The notes under the pieces are model-generated. The model did no database searches. It was not told where the DNA came from and saw only the letters and a program-made list of their open reading frames with translations. 64,000 bases of DNA from Patescibacteria group bacterium (GTDB taxonomy: Bacteria > Patescibacteriota > Patescibacteriia > UBA1558). This document shows positions 10,106-19,174 of the stretch, piece by piece. Positions within the stretch are counted from its first letter, which is position 1; each line of letters begins with the position of its first letter. Location of the stretch: positions 2,590-66,589 of the forward strand of contig JADHUR010000003.1 of the NCBI GenBank assembly GCA_016784445.1. The letters are read 5' to 3'. The position numbers and the translations under genes are program-made.

Positions 10106-10405
10106 ACTGTTCATTTATGGGGAAAGTGGGAGTTTAAGAACAATTAAAAGGAATATTGTGAAGACTTTCATGCTAATTTCCCTAAGAGCAAAAAAAGACG
10201 ATCTTTTAGGATCGTAAGCGGGTGACACAAAGTCATTCAGCAAAAAATGAGGGATACGGCAGGTTATCGAATAGCCTCAACATAACGAGACTTGTAACCA
10301 CGCAGCCCGATTCCCAAATCAGACCCTTGGTATATATTATCGCTTATCGCATTGTTTTCGGCAGATTACGACGTAGAGCAAGATATTATATATCAGGGGT
10401 TTTTC
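10106..10405 (+). ncRNA. putative structured noncoding RNA of unknown class
   Basis: Five consecutive stem domains with G.U pairs favouring the + strand, upstream promoter, terminal long hairpin plus T-run, no credible ORF. Confidence 0.55.
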
Positions 10406-10422
10406 ATTTAATAATATAATAT

Positions 10423-10451
10423 TTGACAAATATTTTAATACAATATATTAT
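10423..10451 (+). promoter_or_regulatory. sigma70 promoter for the 773-aa gene
   Basis: TTGACA-17 nt-TATTAT; GAAAGGAG RBS before ATG 10585. Confidence 0.6.
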
Positions 10452-10584
10452 GTATAAAAGTTCAGGGTCGCCCATATTGTGGCGATTTTTTCATTTATAT
10501 AATCACAGGGTTTCTGTGATTTTTTTATTAACAAAGGGGTTTGTTAAGTCTGCCCTTTAACAACAAAAAAGAAAGGAGCTTGCT

Positions 10585-12906
10585 ATGTTAAGAATCACAG
10601 CAATGCTAGTAATGCTTACAACATTGGTACTTGGTCAGAATTGGCAGCCAGTGTATGAATTATTTAACCCAAGCTATGCGGATCATTTCTATACTATGAA
10701 TTTGTCTGAGGTAGAACAGGCGGTTAATAGTATGGGGTATAGCAATCATGGAGTAAAGTACAAGTGGTCTACCATTGCCTATGGAACAGGTGTACCAATT
10801 TATAGACTATGGCATGATAGTGATCATTTCTATACCACTTCAATTACAGAAAGGAATAATTGTATTAGTAATGGTTATACGGACGAAGGTGTTGTTGGAT
10901 ATTTAAATCCATCCTCGTCTGGTAATTTAGTGCCTTGGCATAGGTATTACCATTCTCAATGGGATGATCATGCTTATCCATCAGATGATGATGATATTCA
11001 AGTCCTGGTTAATGCTGGTTATCAGTCTGAAGGAATTCATGGTTATGCTAGATCTCTAGAACCTGATGAGATTCCCAATGAAGCACCAAATGCAACTTGG
11101 ACCTCGGAAGTGTTTAGTGAGTATTTCTATGAAGAAATTCACTTTACATGGGTAGGTGTGGATGATAATACTGAGCCTGTAGATATTTGGTATCATATTC
11201 AATTAACTGGAAATAGTTCTTTTGATTATTGGACGCCCGACAATTACTTGAATTGTTGGCCTGGAATAGGTAATCATACATTAACTATAACAGCTAGAGA
11301 TTTGGATGGCTTAGAAGATGAAACGCCATTAATTCATAATTTCACAACTGTTGGAAGATCGCCATATGCACCGGTGAATTTATCTACAATAGTAGATAAT
11401 GACTGTATAATCCTTCATTGGGACTCTTTTGATGAAGAAGTGGTTGGTTTTACTATATGGCGAGATTATGACATGGAAATGGCCAATTTACCGCCATCAA
11501 GCAGAGATTATGAGGATGATGGAGTAGAGATAGGTGGAATATACCGTTATGTTGTGGTTGCATATAATCATTATGGATGGACAGATAGTGAACCAATATA
11601 TGTTCAGTTTCAACCTGATATTATTGGTAATGCTATTAGGTTTGACTATCCTGTTGGTTACCCAGATTTTGATGCTAGTTGGTATGATGCACAAAATTAT
11701 GGTTCTGTTCTGGCTGATCCAGTATTATTCCATTCAGGAAATGACTTAAATAAGTTGAGTGGTGATATGGGTGAGATGATACATGCACCAGCAGATGGTA
11801 CCATTGTTTATAAAAACAATGATGCTGCTGGTTGGGGCAGGTGCCTGATAACAAAACATCAGGCTGAATATGGTACATCATTTTCATTTCCTGATGGCAC
11901 TTTTCACGACAAGGTGTATTTTCTATATGCACATTTGGATGAGATAGTTAATTATGAGGATATTGAGATTAATCAAACAATAGTAGAAAGAGGTGAAGTT
12001 ATTGCTACGCTCGGGAATTCTGGTATTACAACTGGACCTCACTTACATATTGAGTGTTGGTCAGATATGCCAGATGGATATCCACTGGGCTATGGATATT
12101 ATACTAATTTACCAGATAATAAGTATGATGTTCTAGAATTTATTTCCACTAATCGTGTCGTTGGTAATTCATATGATTTGTATGTTCATACATATGATGA
12201 TGAATTTGAAGTATTGACAGATTATTGGGAGATAGTACCCGGAGCTCAGGAAATGCAGTATTTGCCACTTGGATATAATAATTATTTATATGTGGCAGAA
12301 ACAATTCAGGATGAGAGTTGTAGATGGACTCTTAATACTCAGCTTATTGGAGAGTATGAATTATCCATATATATTCCTAATCGTCACTATACTGAATCAA
12401 ATGCACATTATGTATTACAGAGAGGAGGCTTTGAAGATTTGGATATATATGTGAACGGCTCTAATTATAGCAATGAATGGGTGAGTATTGGAAATTACTC
12501 TTTCAATAATAGTGAGAGTAATTATTTAATGCTTTATTCAGATAACTCAGAGGCTCCTATTAAAGAAGTATCTGCAGATGCAATCAGATTACATTTCTTA
12601 GGAGATGTAGGGGGTTTTTTATCTGTTGATGAGTCGCAAGACATTCTGATGTCCAATCTATATTGCTATCCCAATCCTTTCAATTCTACTGTTATGATCA
12701 ATTACACATTATCTGTATCAGGAGTTGTAAATCTTTCTGTATACAATATATTAGGTCAAAAGATGGTAACTTTAGTAAATGAATATATTGGTGAAGGAAT
12801 AAGCAGTGTATATTGGCAAGCAGATAATTTATCTAGTGGTATATATTTGGTAGTTTTACGATCTGGTGATTTCAATCAAACCATTAAGGTCAATTATCTT
12901 CGTTAA
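10585..12906 (+). CDS. secreted multidomain M23 metallopeptidase with DUF5648-like repeats, FN3/Ig domains and T9SS-type C-terminal sorting domain
   Basis: Signal peptide; repeated DHFYT..PIYRL; FN3-like YRYVVVAYN; M23 motifs HSGND, YAHL, GPHLH; golvesin-like NEWVSIGNY.F/ADAIRL; C-terminal YPNPFN...VYNILGQ...LSSGIYLV.L. Confidence 0.85.
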   Translation: MLRITAMLVMLTTLVLGQNWQPVYELFNPSYADHFYTMNLSEVEQAVNSMGYSNHGVKYKWSTIAYGTGVPIYRLWHDSDHFYTTSITERNNCISNGYTDEGVVGYLNPSSSGNLVPWHRYYHSQWDDHAYPSDDDDIQVLVNAGYQSEGIHGYARSLEPDEIPNEAPNATWTSEVFSEYFYEEIHFTWVGVDDNTEPVDIWYHIQLTGNSSFDYWTPDNYLNCWPGIGNHTLTITARDLDGLEDETPLIHNFTTVGRSPYAPVNLSTIVDNDCIILHWDSFDEEVVGFTIWRDYDMEMANLPPSSRDYEDDGVEIGGIYRYVVVAYNHYGWTDSEPIYVQFQPDIIGNAIRFDYPVGYPDFDASWYDAQNYGSVLADPVLFHSGNDLNKLSGDMGEMIHAPADGTIVYKNNDAAGWGRCLITKHQAEYGTSFSFPDGTFHDKVYFLYAHLDEIVNYEDIEINQTIVERGEVIATLGNSGITTGPHLHIECWSDMPDGYPLGYGYYTNLPDNKYDVLEFISTNRVVGNSYDLYVHTYDDEFEVLTDYWEIVPGAQEMQYLPLGYNNYLYVAETIQDESCRWTLNTQLIGEYELSIYIPNRHYTESNAHYVLQRGGFEDLDIYVNGSNYSNEWVSIGNYSFNNSESNYLMLYSDNSEAPIKEVSADAIRLHFLGDVGGFLSVDESQDILMSNLYCYPNPFNSTVMINYTLSVSGVVNLSVYNILGQKMVTLVNEYIGEGISSVYWQADNLSSGIYLVVLRSGDFNQTIKVNYLR

Positions 12907-12911
12907 ATAAT

Positions 12912-12940
12912 GCCCCCTCTATTAATTTAGAGGGGGTTTT
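12912..12940 (+). terminator. intrinsic terminator
   Basis: GCCCCCTCTA..TAGAGGGGGTTTTT. Confidence 0.85.
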
Positions 12941-12972
12941 TATATATTTCAATAATTTGCTATAATGCTCCT

Positions 12973-13740
12973 ATGCAAGCAAAGATAATAACAAGCATAG
13001 ACAATGCCAAAGTAAAGCAATTGAAGAAATTGCAGCTTAAAAAGTATCGTAAAGATATGCATATGTTTGTTGTGGAGAATTTAGCTATTATACATGATGC
13101 CTTAAAAGATGGTCATAAATTTGAAGACTTATATATGACAGAGGAGTTTGTAGAAAGTCATATACAGGTATTAGATCAAATATCTAAAAAAGCTGGTATT
13201 AAATCATATTTTCAGATGATAGATAAGATTAATAGAGCTTTTTCAAAATTAGATTCACCATCTGGAATAGCTGCTACATATAGGATGCGAGATATGGAAC
13301 TTCCATTAGATGAGACTTGTATATATTTGAATGGTATTAATGATCCAGGAAATTTAGGTACAATATTTAGATCAGCATTAGCTTTCAATATTAAGAATAT
13401 TATTGTAGATAGTAAGACGGTGGATATATATAATGCGAAGGTTATTAATGCAGCTAAGGATTCATTTTTTAAATTAAATATTATTGAAGATACAGAGGGG
13501 GATTGGTTAAAAAATACAGGCTTACCAATATATACTACTAGTTCACATAAGGGTGAGTCTTTGAAAGAGTTTAAATCAGCAGAGAAATATTGCCTGGTTC
13601 TTGGTAGCGAGGCTCATGGTGTGAGTGATGAAATAATGAAACTTGCTACAGAAAAAATAAAAATAGATATTAGTAAAGATATTGAGTCATTGAATGTAGC
13701 ATCGGCTGCTTCAATATTGTTTTATGAGTTAAATAAATAA
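12973..13740 (+). CDS. TrmH/SpoU family RNA methyltransferase
   Basis: ITS..N..VK, DPGNLGTIFRSA, LGSEAHGV, ESLNVA. Confidence 0.93.
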   Translation: MQAKIITSIDNAKVKQLKKLQLKKYRKDMHMFVVENLAIIHDALKDGHKFEDLYMTEEFVESHIQVLDQISKKAGIKSYFQMIDKINRAFSKLDSPSGIAATYRMRDMELPLDETCIYLNGINDPGNLGTIFRSALAFNIKNIIVDSKTVDIYNAKVINAAKDSFFKLNIIEDTEGDWLKNTGLPIYTTSSHKGESLKEFKSAEKYCLVLGSEAHGVSDEIMKLATEKIKIDISKDIESLNVASAASILFYELNK

Positions 13741-13940
13741 CTTTAACTATAATCATTCAAGCATGTATGTGCTTGTTTTTTAATACTTACATAAAACTGA
13801 CTTTTATGTTATAATTTATCTATTAAAAGGTAATTTCGCACAATTAACCCATGCTGAGAAACAAAAATAAAATAATTATTAAATTTGTGGCAATTTTAAC
13901 TTATATTCATATTGAATTAAGCGAGTTAACTGATTTTTTT

Positions 13941-13967
13941 ATTACTATCCGTAGGTAGTAGTTTTTT
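13941..13967 (+). terminator. terminator-like hairpin in the leader of the signalling/pilus operon
   Basis: ATTACTATC-CGTA-GGTAGTAGT-TTTTT ending 4 nt before ATG 13972; TG-T-TATAAT at 13807-13815 upstream. Confidence 0.5.
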
Positions 13968-13971
13968 ATTT

Positions 13972-14625
13972 ATGATAGATAATTTTGAATCAATACAAGA
14001 AGTTTGGCAATATGTGTCTGAGCCTCTCTTATTAATAGATCATGAGGGTAAAGTAATACTTTGGAGTCTTGGTTGTGAGAAAGAGTTGGGATATAAAGCA
14101 TCTGAAGTACTTACTCGTGGTAAGTGGAGATTTATATTCGCTAGTGATGCAGATAGTGCTGTGATTATGAATGAAATGAGCCCTATTTTAGAAAAGACAT
14201 TTAAAACAAATTTAAGAGACAAAGATAGAAAAGAGTTAATTGCAAAGATAAGTATTAAGGCACATAAGTTATTTACAGATAAGCAACACTATTTTCTGGT
14301 ACATATTGAAAATATTTCACATAAAGATGCCATATCTAATGAACTTGGCAAGGCAAGACTTGAGGCTAAACAAAAAAGTTTAGCTATTAAGAAAGCAACA
14401 GATTTATTAAAGGATAAAGAGCGGCTACTTCTAAGAAATATGGCTGAAACAAAGAAACTTTATCAGCAAGTTAAGAAATCTGAATCAGAATTAAAACAGA
14501 AAACAAATGAGCTTGAGGAAAAGATTAAGGAATTAAATCGTTTTAATAGATTAATGATTGGTAGAGAATTAGAAATGGTAGAGCTTAAAAAGCAAATTAA
14601 AGAATTAAAATCTAAGAATAATTAA
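13972..14625 (+). CDS. PAS-domain plus coiled-coil protein
   Basis: PAS-like LLLID.EGKVILW...E.ELGY.ASEVL; C-terminal coiled coil ending FNRLMIGRELEMVELKKQI. Confidence 0.8.
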   Translation: MIDNFESIQEVWQYVSEPLLLIDHEGKVILWSLGCEKELGYKASEVLTRGKWRFIFASDADSAVIMNEMSPILEKTFKTNLRDKDRKELIAKISIKAHKLFTDKQHYFLVHIENISHKDAISNELGKARLEAKQKSLAIKKATDLLKDKERLLLRNMAETKKLYQQVKKSESELKQKTNELEEKIKELNRFNRLMIGRELEMVELKKQIKELKSKNN

Positions 14626-14636
14626 TATATAAATAT

Positions 14637-15503
14637 ATGAGACGGCTTATTATTTTGTTTACAATAATATTTTCATCATTATTGTGGTGGGGAGTATATA
14701 CAGTAGATAGCAGCAATCAGAAGACTACGGTGAATTTTTTTCAGGATATGCAGAGAGATATTCTTAGGGTAGCTCAAAGCTCATTAGACAATTGGTTTGA
14801 TGAACAATTATTATTATATCCTGAGATGGATTTAAATAATTTGGGTCAAGAATATTATAGTCAGTTTTCAAGTCCTATATCTCCTGTAACATATGGAGAT
14901 ATTTTTGTTTTCAAAGATGGCGTCCCTATTTTTGATAGTTATAGAATATTTACAGAAAAGTATCCTGATCAGACGATTAAGGAGTTTATGGAAATACAGG
15001 CAGAAACTTATGGTGCAGAGCATTATTATCAATTGGTAGATGAACTTACTAAAAACAGTGAAGGTCAGGGTTGGTGGATTTGGGATGCTCAGAGAAGAGG
15101 GATAGAACAGGCAGCATGGTTGCCATTAACTGTTAATGGTGAGACTTTTATGATTTTACTTACAACTCCAGAAGAACTTGTTTATGATGTAGCATCCGTT
15201 TCACAGAATAAGCTATATTATGTATTTATTGCTAGTATTGCTAATATTTTACTAATATTAGTCTTTATTTTCCTTTACTATTGGCAAGAAAGAAAACTTA
15301 TTGATGCACTTGCTGAATCTGGTTCTGAATCTAAATTGAAAGATATTGAACATGAATTAGAAAAAGCTAAGATAGGATTTGAAAATAAGGCCGAAGAATT
15401 GAAGAAAGTTAATGAGGAGTTAGAATCAGCTATGAATTTATTAATAGATAAAGATTATAAGATTAATGAATTGCAGGATAAATTAAAAGATAAATCAGTT
15501 TAA
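14637..15503 (+). CDS. membrane sensor-like protein (2 TM, Cache-like extracellular domain, coiled-coil tail, no kinase)
   Basis: TM-loop-TM; ..GWWIWD..EQAAWLPL..ETFMILLTTP; tail MNLLIDKDYKINELQ. Confidence 0.65.
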   Translation: MRRLIILFTIIFSSLLWWGVYTVDSSNQKTTVNFFQDMQRDILRVAQSSLDNWFDEQLLLYPEMDLNNLGQEYYSQFSSPISPVTYGDIFVFKDGVPIFDSYRIFTEKYPDQTIKEFMEIQAETYGAEHYYQLVDELTKNSEGQGWWIWDAQRRGIEQAAWLPLTVNGETFMILLTTPEELVYDVASVSQNKLYYVFIASIANILLILVFIFLYYWQERKLIDALAESGSESKLKDIEHELEKAKIGFENKAEELKKVNEELESAMNLLIDKDYKINELQDKLKDKSV

Positions 15504-17107
15504 TGGTAAAAAGGAGGCAAGGTAAAATACAGAATAGATTATTATTATGGTACATTATTGGATCGCTTGTACCTCTAATCTTTTTGAGTATTGCAGTAAT
15601 ATTCTATCTTGCGCCAGTGACTTCTTGGTCAGGTCTTTTAGATCTTATTGAACATACATTATTGATACCATTGCTTGCTAGTTTTATTCTCATATTAACT
15701 CTTGCAATTATTATTCCTAAGGAGATTACAAAACCTATTAGTAAATTGCAGGCAGCTGTAGATAAAATGGTAATGGGAGATAAGAATGTAATTGTAGACA
15801 TAGATAGTAATGATGAATTAGCTGCTTTAGCAGAAGGTTTTAATAGAATGACTAAAGATATTATAAGTGCAAGAGCTGGACTGCAGGCAGATGTAAAAAG
15901 TAGAACATCAGCACTTCTTAAGTCTAATACTGAATTACAGGATTCTAAGACGGCTATGCTTAATATTTTAGAAGATGTCGAAGCAGAAAAATTTAAAGCA
16001 GAAGAGCAAAGGGCTAAAATTGAGGCAATTATTACTAGTATTGCTGATGGCGTTATTGTCGTAGATAAGAATGCAGATATTATTTTAGTAAATGAGCAGG
16101 TTAAAAAACTTTTACAAATAACAGATAAGGTAATAGGTTCAAATATTTGCGATACCATAAAATTATATGGAGATGATGGTGTTCAAATAAAAATGGATAT
16201 TGGTAAATTCTTAGAAAGTAAGAAAAGTTTAGAGGTTTTTGATAGAACATTAGTAGATAAAAATGGTAGTCAGTATTTAGAGATCAATTTAAGTAAATAT
16301 AAGAATATTGGAGATAAGATAGTCGGTGCGATAATTGTTGTTAGGGATATTACACGTAATGTTGAAATAGATAAGATGAAATCTGAATTTGTATCAGTTG
16401 CATCTCATCAATTACGTACACCACTTTCTGCTGTTCGTTGGTTTCTGGAGATGCTACTGGAGGGGGATTTAGGTAAATTAAATGATGAACAGATAGATGT
16501 CCTTAAAGATGCCTTAGAGTCTAATTCAAGGATGATATCACTTGTTAATGATTTACTTAATGTATCTAGACTAGAAAGTGCTAAAATAAAGGTAGAACCT
16601 ATATTATTAAGTCTTAATTCTCTATTAAAAACTACCCTTAAAGAAGCGACTGTTCTTGCTAAGGAAAAGAAGATAAAGATTAATATAGATGGAGTAGAGG
16701 ATATTGCGAAGATAAAATTGGATAAATCATTAATGAGTCAGATTTTACAGAATTTAATATCTAATGCTATTAAATATTCATCAAATGAAAGTGATATAAT
16801 AGTAACTTTGAAAACTATTGGAAATGAAGTTCAGTTTTCGGTAAAAGATAGTGGCTATGGTATTCCCCTTGGTGAACAGTCAAGAATTTTCGAAAAGTTT
16901 TTTAGAGCAGATAATGTTACACGCATGGAGACTGAAGGTACTGGTTTGGGATTATATATTTCCAAAATTGTAATGGAATTATCTGGTGGTAAAATATGGT
17001 TTGAATCAGAAGAGAGGAAAGGTTCAACATTCTATTTCTCTATACCACTTGAAGGTAGTAAACCAAAAGAAGGAAGCAGAAGCTTAGCTCAAGTAACATC
17101 AAAATAA
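15503..17107 (+). CDS. HAMP-PAS sensor histidine kinase
   Basis: HAMP (ITKPISKL..DEL..LAEGFNRM), PAS, H-box ASHQLRTPL, NLISNAIKY, DSGYGI, GTGLGL. Confidence 0.95.
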   Translation: MVKRRQGKIQNRLLLWYIIGSLVPLIFLSIAVIFYLAPVTSWSGLLDLIEHTLLIPLLASFILILTLAIIIPKEITKPISKLQAAVDKMVMGDKNVIVDIDSNDELAALAEGFNRMTKDIISARAGLQADVKSRTSALLKSNTELQDSKTAMLNILEDVEAEKFKAEEQRAKIEAIITSIADGVIVVDKNADIILVNEQVKKLLQITDKVIGSNICDTIKLYGDDGVQIKMDIGKFLESKKSLEVFDRTLVDKNGSQYLEINLSKYKNIGDKIVGAIIVVRDITRNVEIDKMKSEFVSVASHQLRTPLSAVRWFLEMLLEGDLGKLNDEQIDVLKDALESNSRMISLVNDLLNVSRLESAKIKVEPILLSLNSLLKTTLKEATVLAKEKKIKINIDGVEDIAKIKLDKSLMSQILQNLISNAIKYSSNESDIIVTLKTIGNEVQFSVKDSGYGIPLGEQSRIFEKFFRADNVTRMETEGTGLGLYISKIVMELSGGKIWFESEERKGSTFYFSIPLEGSKPKEGSRSLAQVTSK

Positions 17108-17122
17108 TTATAATTTAAATAT

Positions 17123-17506
17123 ATGCCAACAAAGAAGAATCAAAAAGTACTTGTCGTGGAGGATGATCATTTCTTAGCGAAGATTTATAAAATTAAATTA
17201 GCTAAGGAAAATATGGATGCCATAGTATGCTCAGATGGGGCAGAGGCTTTAGAATTAATTAAAAAAGAAAAACCAGCTCTGATATTACTAGATATGGTAT
17301 TACCAGGTATGAATGGTTTTGAAATACTTGAACAATTAAGAAAAGATAAAAGTACTAAGAAAACTCCAGTTATTATTTTATCTAATTTAGGTCAAGATGC
17401 AGATATTGCAAAAGGTAAGGAATTGGGGGTAATTGATTACTTTGTTAAAAGTGATATTTCTATTCATGATGTAGTTAAAAAGATTAAAGAAAATTTAAAT
17501 GGATAA
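17123..17506 (+). CDS. stand-alone response regulator receiver
   Basis: VLVVEDD, LILLDMVLP.MNG, PVIILSN, YFVK. Confidence 0.93.
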   Translation: MPTKKNQKVLVVEDDHFLAKIYKIKLAKENMDAIVCSDGAEALELIKKEKPALILLDMVLPGMNGFEILEQLRKDKSTKKTPVIILSNLGQDADIAKGKELGVIDYFVKSDISIHDVVKKIKENLNG

Positions 17507-19172
17507 TGAAAAGGTAAAAAATATAATAATAGACACTGGGCTTATAACAGAAGCTAAACTTTTAGAATTGGAAAAAAATGCTAAAGAGAAAAAAACTTCT
17601 CTAACAGTGCAGCTTATTAATGAGGGCATTTTATCTGATGAATATTTAGGAGAATTAATAGCAGATAATTTTGGTTGGCGTTATATTAATTTAAAGAATA
17701 CTGCTATTAAAGATGAGGTTTTAAAAACAATACCTGAATTGGTTGCAAAAAAGCAGCAAGCAATACCTTTTAAGATTGAAGGCAATACTATTAAAGTAGC
17801 AATGAATGATCCAGATAATTTAGAATTTATTCATCTATTAGAAAAAAAGAGTGGTAAATTTGTACAGCATTATTTTGCAACAGAAAGTGATATTAAAACA
17901 GCACTTGGTAGATACCGTAAATCAATTACAGAAGAGTTTGATGATATTATTCAGCAGAATGTAGAAGAAGCAAAGCAATCAGTAAAGGCAGAGGATTTAC
18001 CAGTAGTTCGTATAGTAGATACAATTTTGCAATATGCCTATCAAAATGGAGCATCAGATGTACATATTGAACCCTATGAAGGTAAGAGTTTACTTAGGTA
18101 TAGAATAGATGGTCTTTTACATGATGTTATTGATTTACCAAAACGTGTGCACGATTTATTAATAACTCGTATTAAAATATTGTCTCAATTAAGAATAGAT
18201 GAACATAGGGCAGCACAAGATGGTAAGCTTCAATTTATGACTGAAGATGGAAGAGTAGATGTTCGTGTTTCAACTGTTCCAATAACAGAGGGTGAGAAAG
18301 TTGTTATGAGATTATTATCTGCTAAGAATAAACAATATAGATTAGATGACTTAGGTTTTTCAGATAGTGATTTAAAGAAAGTAAATAATGCTATTAAAAG
18401 ACCTCATGGCATGATACTAGCAACTGGACCAACAGGATCTGGTAAAACTACTACACTTTATGCTGTATTGCAGATATTGAATAATAGAGATATTAATATT
18501 TCAACCATTGAAGATCCAGTTGAATATGATATGGAGGGTATTAATCAAATACAAGTTAATAATAAAACAAATTTAACCTTTGCTAATGGTTTAAGATCAC
18601 TTTTAAGACAAGATCCGGATATCATTATGGTTGGAGAAATTAGAGACCCCGAAACTGCTAGTATAGCTGTTAATTCTGCCATGACTGGGCATTTAGTATT
18701 ATCTACACTTCACACCAATGATGCTGCTACAACTATTCCAAGATTTGTAGATATGGGTATTGAACCATTCCTTGTCTCTTCTACGATAAATATTGCTATG
18801 GCACAAAGACTTGTTAGAAAGAATTGTGTTAAATGTTTAGCTAGTTATACTATTTCAAAGGCTGAACTAGCCAAGTCTTTTGATTCTAAGGTGATAGATA
18901 AATCACTGGGTAGTAAAAAGGAATATAGATTATATAAATCAAAGGGTTGTGAGGTTTGTCATAAGTCTGGATACAAGGGTAGAGTGGGACTTTATGAAAT
19001 AATAGAAATGTCTAGAAGTATGAAGGAATTGATTATGAATAAAGCAAATGCAGATGAGATTAAAACTTTAGCAATTAAAGAAGGTATGACGACAATGCTT
19101 GAGGATGGATTACTTAAAGTAGCTAAAGGTATTACCACTATAGAAGAAGTAATGCGAGTATCTAAAGAATAA
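17499..19172 (+). CDS. pilB: type IV pilus assembly ATPase PilB/GspE
   Basis: ASDVHIEP, GPTGSGKTT, TIEDPVE, LRQDPD, TGHLVLSTLHTN, Zn-binding Cys pairs. Confidence 0.95.
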   Translation: MDNEKVKNIIIDTGLITEAKLLELEKNAKEKKTSLTVQLINEGILSDEYLGELIADNFGWRYINLKNTAIKDEVLKTIPELVAKKQQAIPFKIEGNTIKVAMNDPDNLEFIHLLEKKSGKFVQHYFATESDIKTALGRYRKSITEEFDDIIQQNVEEAKQSVKAEDLPVVRIVDTILQYAYQNGASDVHIEPYEGKSLLRYRIDGLLHDVIDLPKRVHDLLITRIKILSQLRIDEHRAAQDGKLQFMTEDGRVDVRVSTVPITEGEKVVMRLLSAKNKQYRLDDLGFSDSDLKKVNNAIKRPHGMILATGPTGSGKTTTLYAVLQILNNRDINISTIEDPVEYDMEGINQIQVNNKTNLTFANGLRSLLRQDPDIIMVGEIRDPETASIAVNSAMTGHLVLSTLHTNDAATTIPRFVDMGIEPFLVSSTINIAMAQRLVRKNCVKCLASYTISKAELAKSFDSKVIDKSLGSKKEYRLYKSKGCEVCHKSGYKGRVGLYEIIEMSRSMKELIMNKANADEIKTLAIKEGMTTMLEDGLLKVAKGITTIEEVMRVSKE

Positions 19173-19174
19173 TT

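Noticed and set aside
10106-10405. Identification as tmRNA, SRP RNA, 6S RNA or group I intron
   Set aside because: No tRNA-like ends or tag, no SRP domain IV motif, no 6S central-bubble topology, and only partial intron-like words.
10222-10419. 65-aa GTG-start ORF
   Set aside because: No RBS, no recognisable protein features, and it runs through strong RNA stems; better explained as noncoding.
15604-16158. Antisense ORFs such as 15604..16158, 44391..44708 and 61829..62188
   Set aside because: Ser/Leu/Ile-rich shadows opposite well-supported genes.
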